From positions 1-39,626 of the IMG/VR virus record IMGVR_UViG_3300044634_000818: a stretch of 39,626 bases of DNA. One strand, 5' to 3'. Under the pieces are notes generated by a model. It did no database searches and was not told the DNA's origin. It worked only from the letters and a program-made list of their open reading frames with translations. Shown piece after piece: positions 1-7,968 of this stretch. The DNA is from a virus. Its lineage: Duplodnaviria > Caudoviricetes. The translations under genes were made by a program, and so were the position numbers. How positions within the stretch are numbered: position 1 is the first letter of the stretch; every line of letters starts with the position of its first letter.

Positions 1-315
1 AATGGGCCTGAAGGATCTGGAGATGGATATAAATTTAGAGGAAGAGGATATATACAGTTGACAGGTAAAGAGAATTATACAAGATTTAACTCTACAGTTC
101 CTGAAGACATTATAGCTAATCCTGATTTAGTAGCAACTAAATATCCATTAGCATCAGCAGCATTCTTCTTTAACAGCAACAAGCTATGGGCTATCTGTGA
201 TAAAGGAGCTGACAGTGCTACAGTAACAGCAGTAACTAAACGTGTTAATGGAGGAACAATTGGTTTAGCTGATAGACAAAAACATTTTAACGAGTACTAT
301 AAACTATTATCATAA
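1..315 (+). CDS. GH19 (chitinase-like) endolysin, 5'-truncated by the window edge
   Basis: Frame is open from base 1: NGPEGSGDGYKFRGRGYIQLTGKENY...SAAFFF...VTKRVNGGTIGLADR, typical GH19 phage lysozyme motifs. Confidence 0.9.
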   Translation, partial: NGPEGSGDGYKFRGRGYIQLTGKENYTRFNSTVPEDIIANPDLVATKYPLASAAFFFNSNKLWAICDKGADSATVTAVTKRVNGGTIGLADRQKHFNEYYKLLS

Positions 316-446
316 TGGCTAAACCAAGCAAATCCTCTGAGTCTAAAAAGATTGTCTTTGGCGTGAGACGTAAAGGCAAACATCAAAAAACATTTGGCCC
401 TAAGGCTGCACCAAGTAAAAAGAAATACAGAGGACAGGGAAGATAA
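315..446 (+). CDS. Small basic phage protein (43 aa) ending KKKYRGQGR
   Basis: Manual translation MAKPSKSSESKKIVFGVRRKGKHQKTFGPKAAPSKKKYRGQGR; TAATG coupling to the endolysin stop. Confidence 0.7.
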   Translation: MAKPSKSSESKKIVFGVRRKGKHQKTFGPKAAPSKKKYRGQGR

Positions 447-460
447 CACTTCCCTGTTTT
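434..460 (+). terminator. Putative intrinsic terminator
   Basis: ACAGGGAAG-ataaca-CTTCCCTGT 9-bp stem followed by a short T tract. Confidence 0.5.
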
Positions 461-476
461 CATAAAACCAACCAAC

Positions 477-998
477 ATGAAACTACTTTTCGCTATTACT
501 TTCTGGTTCACATCCACAGTGGTGGGATCAGCATTAATGATTCAGTCTGTATACATCTATAGACACTTTACAACTCCAGACAATCCTATCAAGGTGGCAC
601 CTGTTAACAACAGAATTGTCATGGGACAATTAGCAGGTAGTAGAAACCTGGCATTTGGAGTTAAAGGTATCATGGAAGAATTCTTACAAGAAGATGGCTA
701 TGATGTTAGTGATGAAGCAACTAAGGAGATCAAGATAGAATTGTTGTATCTAGATGTTCTCAAAACGCAAACTAATTTATCAGTATTCCATCGCAACTCT
801 GACGCTGTTGTCATACGTATGAGAGGACAGTTGGTTGAAGATGGTAAAGTAAAGAAGACAGTAATAGTAGAAGAATCTGCTGAGGAAGTATCAATGGCTG
901 CATTGGTTATAGACGAAGGTGGAAAGTTTAATCAAACCAATTTATCAAGTGCACTTAAAAAGTCCTGTAATACATTAGTTAATAAACTTCTCAAATGA
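477..998 (+). CDS. Membrane-anchored CsgG/TolB-N-like alpha/beta protein, paralogous to 3427..4152
   Basis: N-terminal hydrophobic segment; LAFGVKGIMEEFLQE resembles VGLGVTNIVVEYLEE and KFNQTNLSSALKKS resembles KFNQSTIGTTTKKA of the CsgG-like ORF. Confidence 0.55.
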   Translation: MKLLFAITFWFTSTVVGSALMIQSVYIYRHFTTPDNPIKVAPVNNRIVMGQLAGSRNLAFGVKGIMEEFLQEDGYDVSDEATKEIKIELLYLDVLKTQTNLSVFHRNSDAVVIRMRGQLVEDGKVKKTVIVEESAEEVSMAALVIDEGGKFNQTNLSSALKKSCNTLVNKLLK

Positions 999-2719
999 AA
1001 AAACTCTTATTCCTAGTTCTAACCTTAGTAACATTTAATACTCTTGGTCAAAACGTTAAATTAAAACTTGGCTCTGACTCTACTAAAGTTGATATTGCTG
1101 GTGGCGTTATTGACAAAGGTGATGAGTTCATTGTTAACGTAGACCTGAATGGTAATGGTAACACTACTGCTCGCTCACTCTACTTTGATTTTGAATTCAA
1201 CAACGCTGCGTTTGAATTTGTTTCTGTTGCACACACTGGTACTGGTGGTAATGGTGGTGTTCTTCCTGCAGGATCTAGTATAGATCTTACAAACTATTTA
1301 TATCCTGGTTATACTTGGGTGGCTAACGCTAATAACAATACAACCAATGGTAATGCTAACTATCAGAATGCTGCTTATGCTTTCACATCTGGTGGTCCTA
1401 AGACTATCATGCGTGTGTATTTGAACTGGGCATCTCCTAATGCTTTACCATTTGCTGCATATAGTCCATTACTTAAGCTTCGTTTTAGATTAAAAACTAC
1501 AGCTGTTGGTAACTCCTGGGATCCTATAAAGATGAACTTTGGTGCTGCGTTTAATCAAGATGGTTCTACTGGTGCTACGTTAATGGAGGTTCCTCTAACT
1601 ACAATCATTACACAGAATCCTAACGCTACTAAACTTGTTAATGCTACAGTAGCATTAAGTAGTGCGTTGAATCCTGCTTACACTAAGGTGGCGTTTGTTA
1701 ATGCAACTACTAACCAAGGACCTTTATTTGATGTAACATCTAATGGTACTGTTAGCATTGTTGACTCATCACTTGCACCTAATACTCAGTATAAGATCAT
1801 GGTAATGTATAACATGGATCATATCCAAGCATTATACAACGCTGGTATTACAACATCTGATTACACAGCTGCACAGTCTGAGTTTATATCACAGAACTTA
1901 GATGGTACATTTAAGAACACAGTTATCACTAGTGGTGCTGGATATAAAGCTGCAGATGTTAATAGAAGTGGTAAGCTTGATGGTGGTGACTTAACTAGAT
2001 TATTTGCACAAGTAGTAAGTGTAGATCAATTAGTTGTACTTCCTGCTGGATATACAGCTGGATCTAATGGATACATGAGCTTCATGACATTTAAATCATC
2101 TGATTATAACGCTGCTACACCTGCTGATTGGCTTACTCGATTCCCTGTAGGACCTACACAGTATGTATATACTACTCCTGCTCAACGTGGTACACCAGAA
2201 ACGATTAACATTAGCTACTTATTGTTTGGTGACATAAATAAATCTAGTTCATCTACAGTTACACAAAATGGATCTTTAGTATTGAACAGAAGACTTGCAG
2301 TTAATCCTATTAGTGTAAGCTTAACAAACGCTGTAGTTACATCTAATTCAATTGAGATCCCTGTAAAAGTTTCCACAAATGGAAACAAAGTAGAAGCTTT
2401 ACAATTCCAATTCTCTTATGACACAAGTAAGTTGAAGTTTGAAGAGTTGAAGAACGAGATGCCTAACAACTGGCATGTGTTTGCTAACAAAGGTGAAGGA
2501 TATATTAAGTTTGGTGCATTAGATCAGAACCTTAAGACTCCTGTAGAAGGTGAGTTCACTCCATTCAAGTTACGCTTCACAGCATTACAGAATGGACTAG
2601 ACATCAATACATTTATTAGGGTTAGTCCTATCATGGATGCTGCTGACGCTAAAGGATCACAACTACCTATTAACATGAATACAGATAAAATTAAACTTAC
2701 AGGATACAATAACTTCTAA
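995..2719 (+). CDS. Secreted cohesin-dockerin-cohesin-like surface protein
   Basis: Sec signal peptide; cohesin-like segments (GDEFIVNVDL...YFDFEFNNAAFEFVSV; IEIPVKVS...ALQFQFSYDTSKLKFEEL); dockerin/EF-hand-like ADVNRSGKLDGGDL and GDIN. Confidence 0.7.
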   Translation: MKKLLFLVLTLVTFNTLGQNVKLKLGSDSTKVDIAGGVIDKGDEFIVNVDLNGNGNTTARSLYFDFEFNNAAFEFVSVAHTGTGGNGGVLPAGSSIDLTNYLYPGYTWVANANNNTTNGNANYQNAAYAFTSGGPKTIMRVYLNWASPNALPFAAYSPLLKLRFRLKTTAVGNSWDPIKMNFGAAFNQDGSTGATLMEVPLTTIITQNPNATKLVNATVALSSALNPAYTKVAFVNATTNQGPLFDVTSNGTVSIVDSSLAPNTQYKIMVMYNMDHIQALYNAGITTSDYTAAQSEFISQNLDGTFKNTVITSGAGYKAADVNRSGKLDGGDLTRLFAQVVSVDQLVVLPAGYTAGSNGYMSFMTFKSSDYNAATPADWLTRFPVGPTQYVYTTPAQRGTPETINISYLLFGDINKSSSSTVTQNGSLVLNRRLAVNPISVSLTNAVVTSNSIEIPVKVSTNGNKVEALQFQFSYDTSKLKFEELKNEMPNNWHVFANKGEGYIKFGALDQNLKTPVEGEFTPFKLRFTALQNGLDINTFIRVSPIMDAADAKGSQLPINMNTDKIKLTGYNNF

Positions 2720-2724
2720 CCACT

Positions 2725-3087
2725 ATGAGACAAGCATTAGTATTTATATTGTTCATTTTTCTAACACTTGCATGTTCTGATTTAGAACAATTTGAGAGCA
2801 CTCCAATAAATCTAGGTGCAAAAGCATCTAACACACAAATTTTGAGCGTTGTGTCTCAAGGTGTTAAGGCTACTATTACATACAACTTAACAGTGGGAGC
2901 TAAGTATTCTGTACAAGTGTACGAGTTTGGTAAGACAGAACCAACCAAGACTCTTCCTTTAACAGCTGAGGAAGAGATTGTAACTAAAGTGTATGACTTC
3001 AAAGACCTACAAGATGGTATCTATGATCTTACACTTACTGATGTAGCTGGTGTATCTATTAAAAAACCTTTAATCATTAAACGATAA
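2725..3087 (+). CDS. Lipoprotein with a T9SS C-terminal sorting domain (Ig-like) pattern
   Basis: Lipobox LTLA-C followed by acidic residues; SVQVYEFG...YDFKDLQDGIYDLTL...KKPLIIKR resembles a type A CTD. Confidence 0.55.
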   Translation: MRQALVFILFIFLTLACSDLEQFESTPINLGAKASNTQILSVVSQGVKATITYNLTVGAKYSVQVYEFGKTEPTKTLPLTAEEEIVTKVYDFKDLQDGIYDLTLTDVAGVSIKKPLIIKR

Positions 3088-3398
3088 TGTCAGAAGAACA
3101 AAATGATGGTACTTGGTCAGGGTTGGTCAAGACTATAGTAGGAACTGTAGGAACAATTGTAACAGCTGGTGGTGCTTACATAGGCTCACAGATGTTTGGT
3201 GGTGGAGAAGAGAAAGCTGAAGCTGCTCCTGCTGCTACCACAACTCCTGCACCTGTAATCAATATCACTACTAATAACTCTCAACAACAAGCAGCATCTG
3301 CTGGAGGCACAAAAGTTATTGAGCGTGTGGTAGAAAAACCTGCTAAACCTAAGGCTAAGACAGAAAAAGAGGCTTTGCAAGAAGAGCCTAAGTGGTAA
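3087..3398 (+). CDS. Small membrane protein with a Pro/Ala/Thr-rich linker
   Basis: Gly-rich hydrophobic segment IVGTVGTIVTAGGAYIG; TAATG coupling. Confidence 0.7.
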   Translation: MSEEQNDGTWSGLVKTIVGTVGTIVTAGGAYIGSQMFGGGEEKAEAAPAATTTPAPVINITTNNSQQQAASAGGTKVIERVVEKPAKPKAKTEKEALQEEPKW

Positions 3399-3426
3399 CG
3401 AAACCCCCTCTTAATGAGAAAACTAT

Positions 3427-4152
3427 ATGAAGAAATTAAGCTTTTTATTCAGTTTATTATTGAGTGTATTACTAACGTACAGCGTTAGTGGTCAGATTGC
3501 TACAACTAAGACAGAATCTTACACAGCTTCATTTGAAAAGAAGATCAACATAGACTCATTGATGGATTATGATGGCCCAACCATTCCTATTCAACTCTTA
3601 TCTCTTGGTATCAATGAAGACGTCTATACTTCTTATCCAGAACTCAAGGACAAACGAGTGGGTCTTGGTGTTACTAATATAGTTGTAGAGTACCTAGAGG
3701 AAACTAATAGGTTCATATTCACTGAAGACAAAGCTGAGATCAAGAATAGAATGGTCAAACAATTCCAGGCATCACAGTCTGGGATAACTCAAGATAAATT
3801 AGATGGACGTGGTAAGATACGCCTAGCTAAATATTTTGTATACATTGAGGTGTATGACTTTTCTGTTTCTGAAGACGAATCATTATCTTTGAAAGGTAAT
3901 GTAAAGCAAACTGTGGTAACACGACTAGGTCTACAGGTCAAATTTGTAGACGCTGAGACTGGAGCTTACTTCACTGGTTCAGGTTTGGGCACAGCTCAAA
4001 CTACTAGAGAAGCAACATTGATGAACGATGCTAACTTTACTGATGTTAAGTTTAATCAATCCACCATTGGCACAACGACTAAGAAGGCACTTGAAGATGC
4101 TGCTAGCAAGATTGTGGTAAGGATGATAAAAAAGAAAATATTCACTAAATAA
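3427..4152 (+). CDS. csgG: CsgG/HfaB-family (curli transport channel-like) protein
   Basis: Signal peptide; IVVEYLEETNRFIFTE and RLGLQVKFVDAETG match the CsgG family pattern (L..sgrF.vvER; v.lrlvDv.TG). Confidence 0.7.
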   Translation: MKKLSFLFSLLLSVLLTYSVSGQIATTKTESYTASFEKKINIDSLMDYDGPTIPIQLLSLGINEDVYTSYPELKDKRVGLGVTNIVVEYLEETNRFIFTEDKAEIKNRMVKQFQASQSGITQDKLDGRGKIRLAKYFVYIEVYDFSVSEDESLSLKGNVKQTVVTRLGLQVKFVDAETGAYFTGSGLGTAQTTREATLMNDANFTDVKFNQSTIGTTTKKALEDAASKIVVRMIKKKIFTK

Positions 4153-4161
4153 ATAAAACCA

Positions 4162-4500
4162 ATGTTAGAAAAACTAATCATTGCTGGTTCGATTGCATTA
4201 GTTGCATCGATCTACCCTGCTATTAAGATATATCAGGGAGCCAAGATACCTATGTATCAAACTCGTATCTCTAATCTAGAACACAAACTAGAAGTTATTA
4301 AAGTAACAGAAAGCGATCCTGCAGCACGTTACGTAAAGATTTCTAAGGTTGAAGGTAAGATCTTCAAACTACGTGGCAAGATCAAAGAGCGTCAGAAGAT
4401 TAAAGCTATGGAAGCTAAATGGGATTATCAAGATGAGATGTTAAAGTTGAAGCGTTCACAAGTTTCTATTGACTCTACTCTTAAGCTTGAACCTAAGTAG
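4162..4500 (+). CDS. Membrane-anchored coiled-coil protein
   Basis: N-terminal TM segment (LIIAGSIALVASIYP) followed by basic heptad-rich helices. Confidence 0.7.
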   Translation: MLEKLIIAGSIALVASIYPAIKIYQGAKIPMYQTRISNLEHKLEVIKVTESDPAARYVKISKVEGKIFKLRGKIKERQKIKAMEAKWDYQDEMLKLKRSQVSIDSTLKLEPK

Positions 4501-5669
4501 TGAAATGGTTATTGACTGTTACATTACTACTGATGTGGAACTTGTGCGATGCACAGGTTCTTACACAGATTTATGTAGATCCATGTAATGGTCAAGTACT
4601 CACTGTAGTTGTTCCTATTAGTAATGGGACAGTTACAATTGTTTATAGAGGTAAGGCTAAGGTAGTTACAGCAAATGACATAACGTCAGGAGCTTTAACA
4701 GCGTGGATCAATATGATCAACTCTACACCTTGTCCACAAACAACTACAGCTACAACCCTTGTTGTAACACAGGCAGTTGCTCAAGCTACACAGCAAGCAA
4801 CTCAACAGGCTACAGCTCAGGCAACACAAGCTGCTACAGCTGCTGCAACTAGTAGTGCTACTAGTAGTGCTACAAGTGCAGCTACCTCATCAGCAGTTGC
4901 TTCAACACCAACACCTGCTCCTGCAGCGAGCCCATCATCTAGCAGTAGTTCTTCTACTAGTAGTGAGACTAAGAGTGAGAGTAGTTCAGAGAGTAAAACA
5001 GAAAGTAAATCAGAAGAGAAGTCAGAAAGCAAAAGTGAATCTAAAGAGAAAAAGAGTGATGATAAAAAGTCTTCTAAATCTTCCAGCAAGGCTGCTGCTA
5101 AAGTTAATCCTATTGTGTATAGTTCTGATCTTACTGTTCTCAGTGGACCTGATGTTCCTCTCAGTGCTATTATATCATTGGGTGCGTCACAATCCTCACT
5201 CCTTGGGAACGTGTCTTATGGACTTACCTCTATGATATGGAGTTCCTTTAATCAGTTTGCTCTATCAAGTAGATACACAAGGATGGGTAAGGTGATAAAG
5301 AACTTTGGTTTGACAGGAGTATATCTACAAGGTAATACAATAGCGTTTGCTACAGCTGCTGCTATCAAACCAATAGGTAAAGGAGTTACAGGTTTCAACT
5401 ACGCTCTTACATATACAGGTGAGTGGGGCCATGGATTGATGGGCTTCTACACTAGACCATTTAGAGTAAATAAGTACTTATCGATGTCCCCAGACATCTA
5501 TGTTTCCAACTCTTTGACAAAAGATTTTGGTATACTAACAGGCTCTGGATTTGATGTATCACTTAGTAAAAGGTTTAGATTTAACTGTGGACTAAAGGTT
5601 AGCTTGAATACAAATCCTGCTGTACCTATAACATACATGGGTATGATAGGTACCAAGATCAATCTCTAA
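4500..5669 (+). CDS. Secreted protein with a low-complexity stalk and a putative C-terminal outer-membrane beta-barrel
   Basis: GTG start; signal peptide; small Cys-pair domain; QA/T/S and S-E-K repeat linker; C-terminal ~185 aa of alternating Gly/aromatic beta strands ending GTKINL. Confidence 0.65.
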   Translation: MKWLLTVTLLLMWNLCDAQVLTQIYVDPCNGQVLTVVVPISNGTVTIVYRGKAKVVTANDITSGALTAWINMINSTPCPQTTTATTLVVTQAVAQATQQATQQATAQATQAATAAATSSATSSATSAATSSAVASTPTPAPAASPSSSSSSSTSSETKSESSSESKTESKSEEKSESKSESKEKKSDDKKSSKSSSKAAAKVNPIVYSSDLTVLSGPDVPLSAIISLGASQSSLLGNVSYGLTSMIWSSFNQFALSSRYTRMGKVIKNFGLTGVYLQGNTIAFATAAAIKPIGKGVTGFNYALTYTGEWGHGLMGFYTRPFRVNKYLSMSPDIYVSNSLTKDFGILTGSGFDVSLSKRFRFNCGLKVSLNTNPAVPITYMGMIGTKINL

Positions 5670-5684
5670 TCAATTTGATTAGAG
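5664..5684. repeat. Perfect 10-1-10 palindrome at the end of the envelope module
   Basis: CTCTAATCAA-T-TTGATTAGAG. Confidence 0.7.
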
Positions 5685-5748
5685 CTGATGTAATAAAAAC
5701 GATTAACGTAAATTTTTAACAGTATAATACATATTGTTGAAACTAATA

Positions 5749-5756
5749 TATATTTG
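5749..5756 (+). promoter_or_regulatory. Bacteroidota sigma70 -7 element (TAnnTTTG)
   Basis: TATATTTG in an AT-rich gap 21 nt upstream of ORF 5778. Confidence 0.55.
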
Positions 5757-5777
5757 TAATATTTAATAAAAATTATC

Positions 5778-5990
5778 ATGGCTATATCATCTAGACCTAC
5801 AGGGCAAGATCCAGTCTCACAACAATTGTGGAACATTTCTAAGCAAATGGAGCAATTGATTGGACAAGTGGGAGCTGTAGTTAGAAACACTGCAGGATTA
5901 ACTACTAGTACTACAACAAGTAGCACTACATCTACTACTACGTCTACAAGTACATCTACTACGACTACAACAACAACTGCAGCTCCTTAA
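5778..5990 (+). CDS. Small protein with a mucin-like Thr/Ser tail ending TTTTAAP
   Basis: Helical N-terminus plus ~26-residue T/S tract with mixed Thr codons. Confidence 0.8.
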   Translation: MAISSRPTGQDPVSQQLWNISKQMEQLIGQVGAVVRNTAGLTTSTTTSSTTSTTTSTSTSTTTTTTTAAP

Positions 5991-6015
5991 GAGCTTACAT
6001 TAAACCAACAACTAC

Positions 6016-7032
6016 ATGAAGGAATTAAAGTTTATCTGTGCTCAACCAGATGATACCTACTACACTTGGCAGGTACATCTATGGTTAGAAAGCTTAAGAA
6101 ACATTGGACATTCAGATAAGGCTATTGTACTTATCTTTATCCCATCATTCAGAGAAAAGAACCAGAAGTGGCAACAGATCGTAGATCTCTACCCAGAAGC
6201 AAAGTTCGAATTCTATAAAGATCAGGATGGTGTAAGTCAGAAACTAGGAATCTATATTCCTGTTCTACGTCCATATGTTCTAATGCGTTATTGGCAAGAT
6301 CATCCAGACATGAAGAATCATGCTGTATTGTATTGTGACTCAGACGTATTGTTTACAGATAAGTTTAATGTTGACGCCTATATTAATGACGATATAAACT
6401 ATTTATCAGATACCAATAGCTACATCAACGCTTCATATTTTGACAGTAAGATACATCAAGTGCTTCCAGAAAGATTGGAAGCATATAAAGAACTAGATGT
6501 TCTTGAAGACATTGCCACTCAGTGTGGTATATCAAGAACAATAGCAGAAGCTAACAACGACCACTCAGGAGGTGCACAATATCTATTGAAGAATATTGAT
6601 GCTATGTTCTGGGAGAAGGTACTAAGAGATTGCATTACAATACGTAGTTATTTATTAAACATAAACAAACTATACTTCAAGGATGAATCTGCAGGCTTTC
6701 AAAGTTGGTGTGCTGACATGTGGGCTGTCCTCTGGGCTCTTTGGTTTAGAGGTGGGGTCACTAAGAATTTACCTGAAATGGAATTCTCTTGGTCGTCAGA
6801 TCCTATTGACAAAGTCCACAGGCTTGGCATCCTGCACAATGCAGGAATAGTAAACAAAAACATGGGTGACTACCCAGCATTTTATAAGGGTGAGTATATA
6901 ACTGGTAACGATCCATTTACTGATCCTCATTTAGAATATGTATTCAACGATGCAAGAGCACAAGAGAAAGGTACACACTACTATGTTGAGCAAATGATGA
7001 AACTTAAATTTAAGTATAAATTAAACTATTAA
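6016..7032 (+). CDS. GT-A fold glycosyltransferase resembling GT95 (HPAT) / GT96 (SERGT1) peptide O-glycosyltransferases
   Basis: DDTYYTWQ, YIPVLRPYVLMRYW, DxD motif YCDSD and WCADMW align in order with the remembered plant motifs Y..WQ, Y...N[RK]P....W, DAD/EPD and W..EMY. Confidence 0.7.
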   Translation: MKELKFICAQPDDTYYTWQVHLWLESLRNIGHSDKAIVLIFIPSFREKNQKWQQIVDLYPEAKFEFYKDQDGVSQKLGIYIPVLRPYVLMRYWQDHPDMKNHAVLYCDSDVLFTDKFNVDAYINDDINYLSDTNSYINASYFDSKIHQVLPERLEAYKELDVLEDIATQCGISRTIAEANNDHSGGAQYLLKNIDAMFWEKVLRDCITIRSYLLNINKLYFKDESAGFQSWCADMWAVLWALWFRGGVTKNLPEMEFSWSSDPIDKVHRLGILHNAGIVNKNMGDYPAFYKGEYITGNDPFTDPHLEYVFNDARAQEKGTHYYVEQMMKLKFKYKLNY

Positions 7033-7037
7033 TAAAA

Positions 7038-7283
7038 ATGGCAATTCAGAGAGATTTAAAAGCATTTGTTCGCTACGATGGTAGTGGAAGGGTTGTTGCA
7101 GGCAGCCTTATTCTGAGAAAGAACAAGCCAAAAGTGGGAAGATGGCAAGAGATTCCAGCATACGAGTGCTGTAATTATGTTCCTACAACTACGACTACAA
7201 CGTCTAGTACTTCTACGACTACTACCACTAGTACTAGTACGTCTACATCTACAACCACTACTACAACCACAGCAGCTCCTTAA
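7038..7283 (+). CDS. Thr/Ser-tailed protein, paralog A
   Basis: LKAFVRYDGSGRVVAGSLIL...WQEIPAYECCN plus ~29-residue T/S tract ending AAP. Confidence 0.85.
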   Translation: MAIQRDLKAFVRYDGSGRVVAGSLILRKNKPKVGRWQEIPAYECCNYVPTTTTTTSSTSTTTTTSTSTSTSTTTTTTTAAP

Positions 7284-7285
7284 TC

Positions 7286-7555
7286 ATGGCAAATAGCAAT
7301 AATCAATTGAAAGCATACGTTCGTTTCGATGGAACAGGACGTATTGTACCTAGCAGCTTAATCTTACAAAGATTTAAGCCTAAAGATGGTAATTGGCAAG
7401 AAATAGATGCAAAAGAATGTTGCAACTATATTCCTCCTACTACTACAACTACTAGTAGTTCTACAAGTACTACTACATCTACGTCAACGTCAACAAGTAC
7501 TACAACGTCAACATCTACTAGTACCACTACAACTACTACAACAGCAGCACCATAA
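7286..7555 (+). CDS. Thr/Ser-tailed protein, paralog B
   Basis: LKAYVRFDGTGRIVPSSLIL...WQEIDAKECCN plus ~35-residue T/S tract ending AAP. Confidence 0.85.
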   Translation: MANSNNQLKAYVRFDGTGRIVPSSLILQRFKPKDGNWQEIDAKECCNYIPPTTTTTSSSTSTTTSTSTSTSTTTSTSTSTTTTTTTAAP

Positions 7556-7968
7556 TGGCTAAATCATTATTCCCACAAGAAATGTTAAGTAAAGCAACTG
7601 GTAGCGAGCTCTCATTAGAGAGCATCGCTGCTAAGCTTACTTACTTTCATGAGCAATTACACTTGACTCACTGGCAAACAAAAAGCTATGCAGAACATCA
7701 AGCCACAGGAGCATTGTATGATTACGTACATGATTTCAAAGATGGATTGATTGAGAAGCTTATGGGCTATACAGGTAAGAGACCTGGAGCTTATAAAATA
7801 GAACCTCTTACAGACTGTACAGCTGAACAATGTGTATCAGATATAATGTCATTCGCATCATCATTAAAGATGTATGGTGAAAAGAATGCTTATCATGATG
7901 TATGTAACTTAGCTGATGCATTATCTGGTGAGGCAGCCAAAACTAAATACCTATTAACCTTGTCTTAA
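7555..7968 (+). CDS. Ferritin/Dps-like four-helix protein (DUF5856-like)
   Basis: LHLTHWQTKSYAEHQATGALYD...DGLIE and C-terminal KYLLTL resemble Dps-like ferroxidase motifs. Confidence 0.75.
   Translation: MAKSLFPQEMLSKATGSELSLESIAAKLTYFHEQLHLTHWQTKSYAEHQATGALYDYVHDFKDGLIEKLMGYTGKRPGAYKIEPLTDCTAEQCVSDIMSFASSLKMYGEKNAYHDVCNLADALSGEAAKTKYLLTLS

Noticed and set aside
4777-5235. Alternative-frame ORFs 4777..5235 (+) and 4817..5089 (-)
   Set aside because: Shadows of the low-complexity linker of 4500..5669.
477-5669. Complete curli operon or canonical holin/spanin cassette
   Set aside because: No CsgA/CsgB amyloid repeats or clear CsgE/CsgF; the TM proteins at 3087 and 4162 cannot be assigned as holin or spanin from sequence alone.
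5898-7545. ACT-rich tracts as microsatellites or phase-variation loci
   Set aside because: Codons are mixed and in frame; the repeat is at the protein level.
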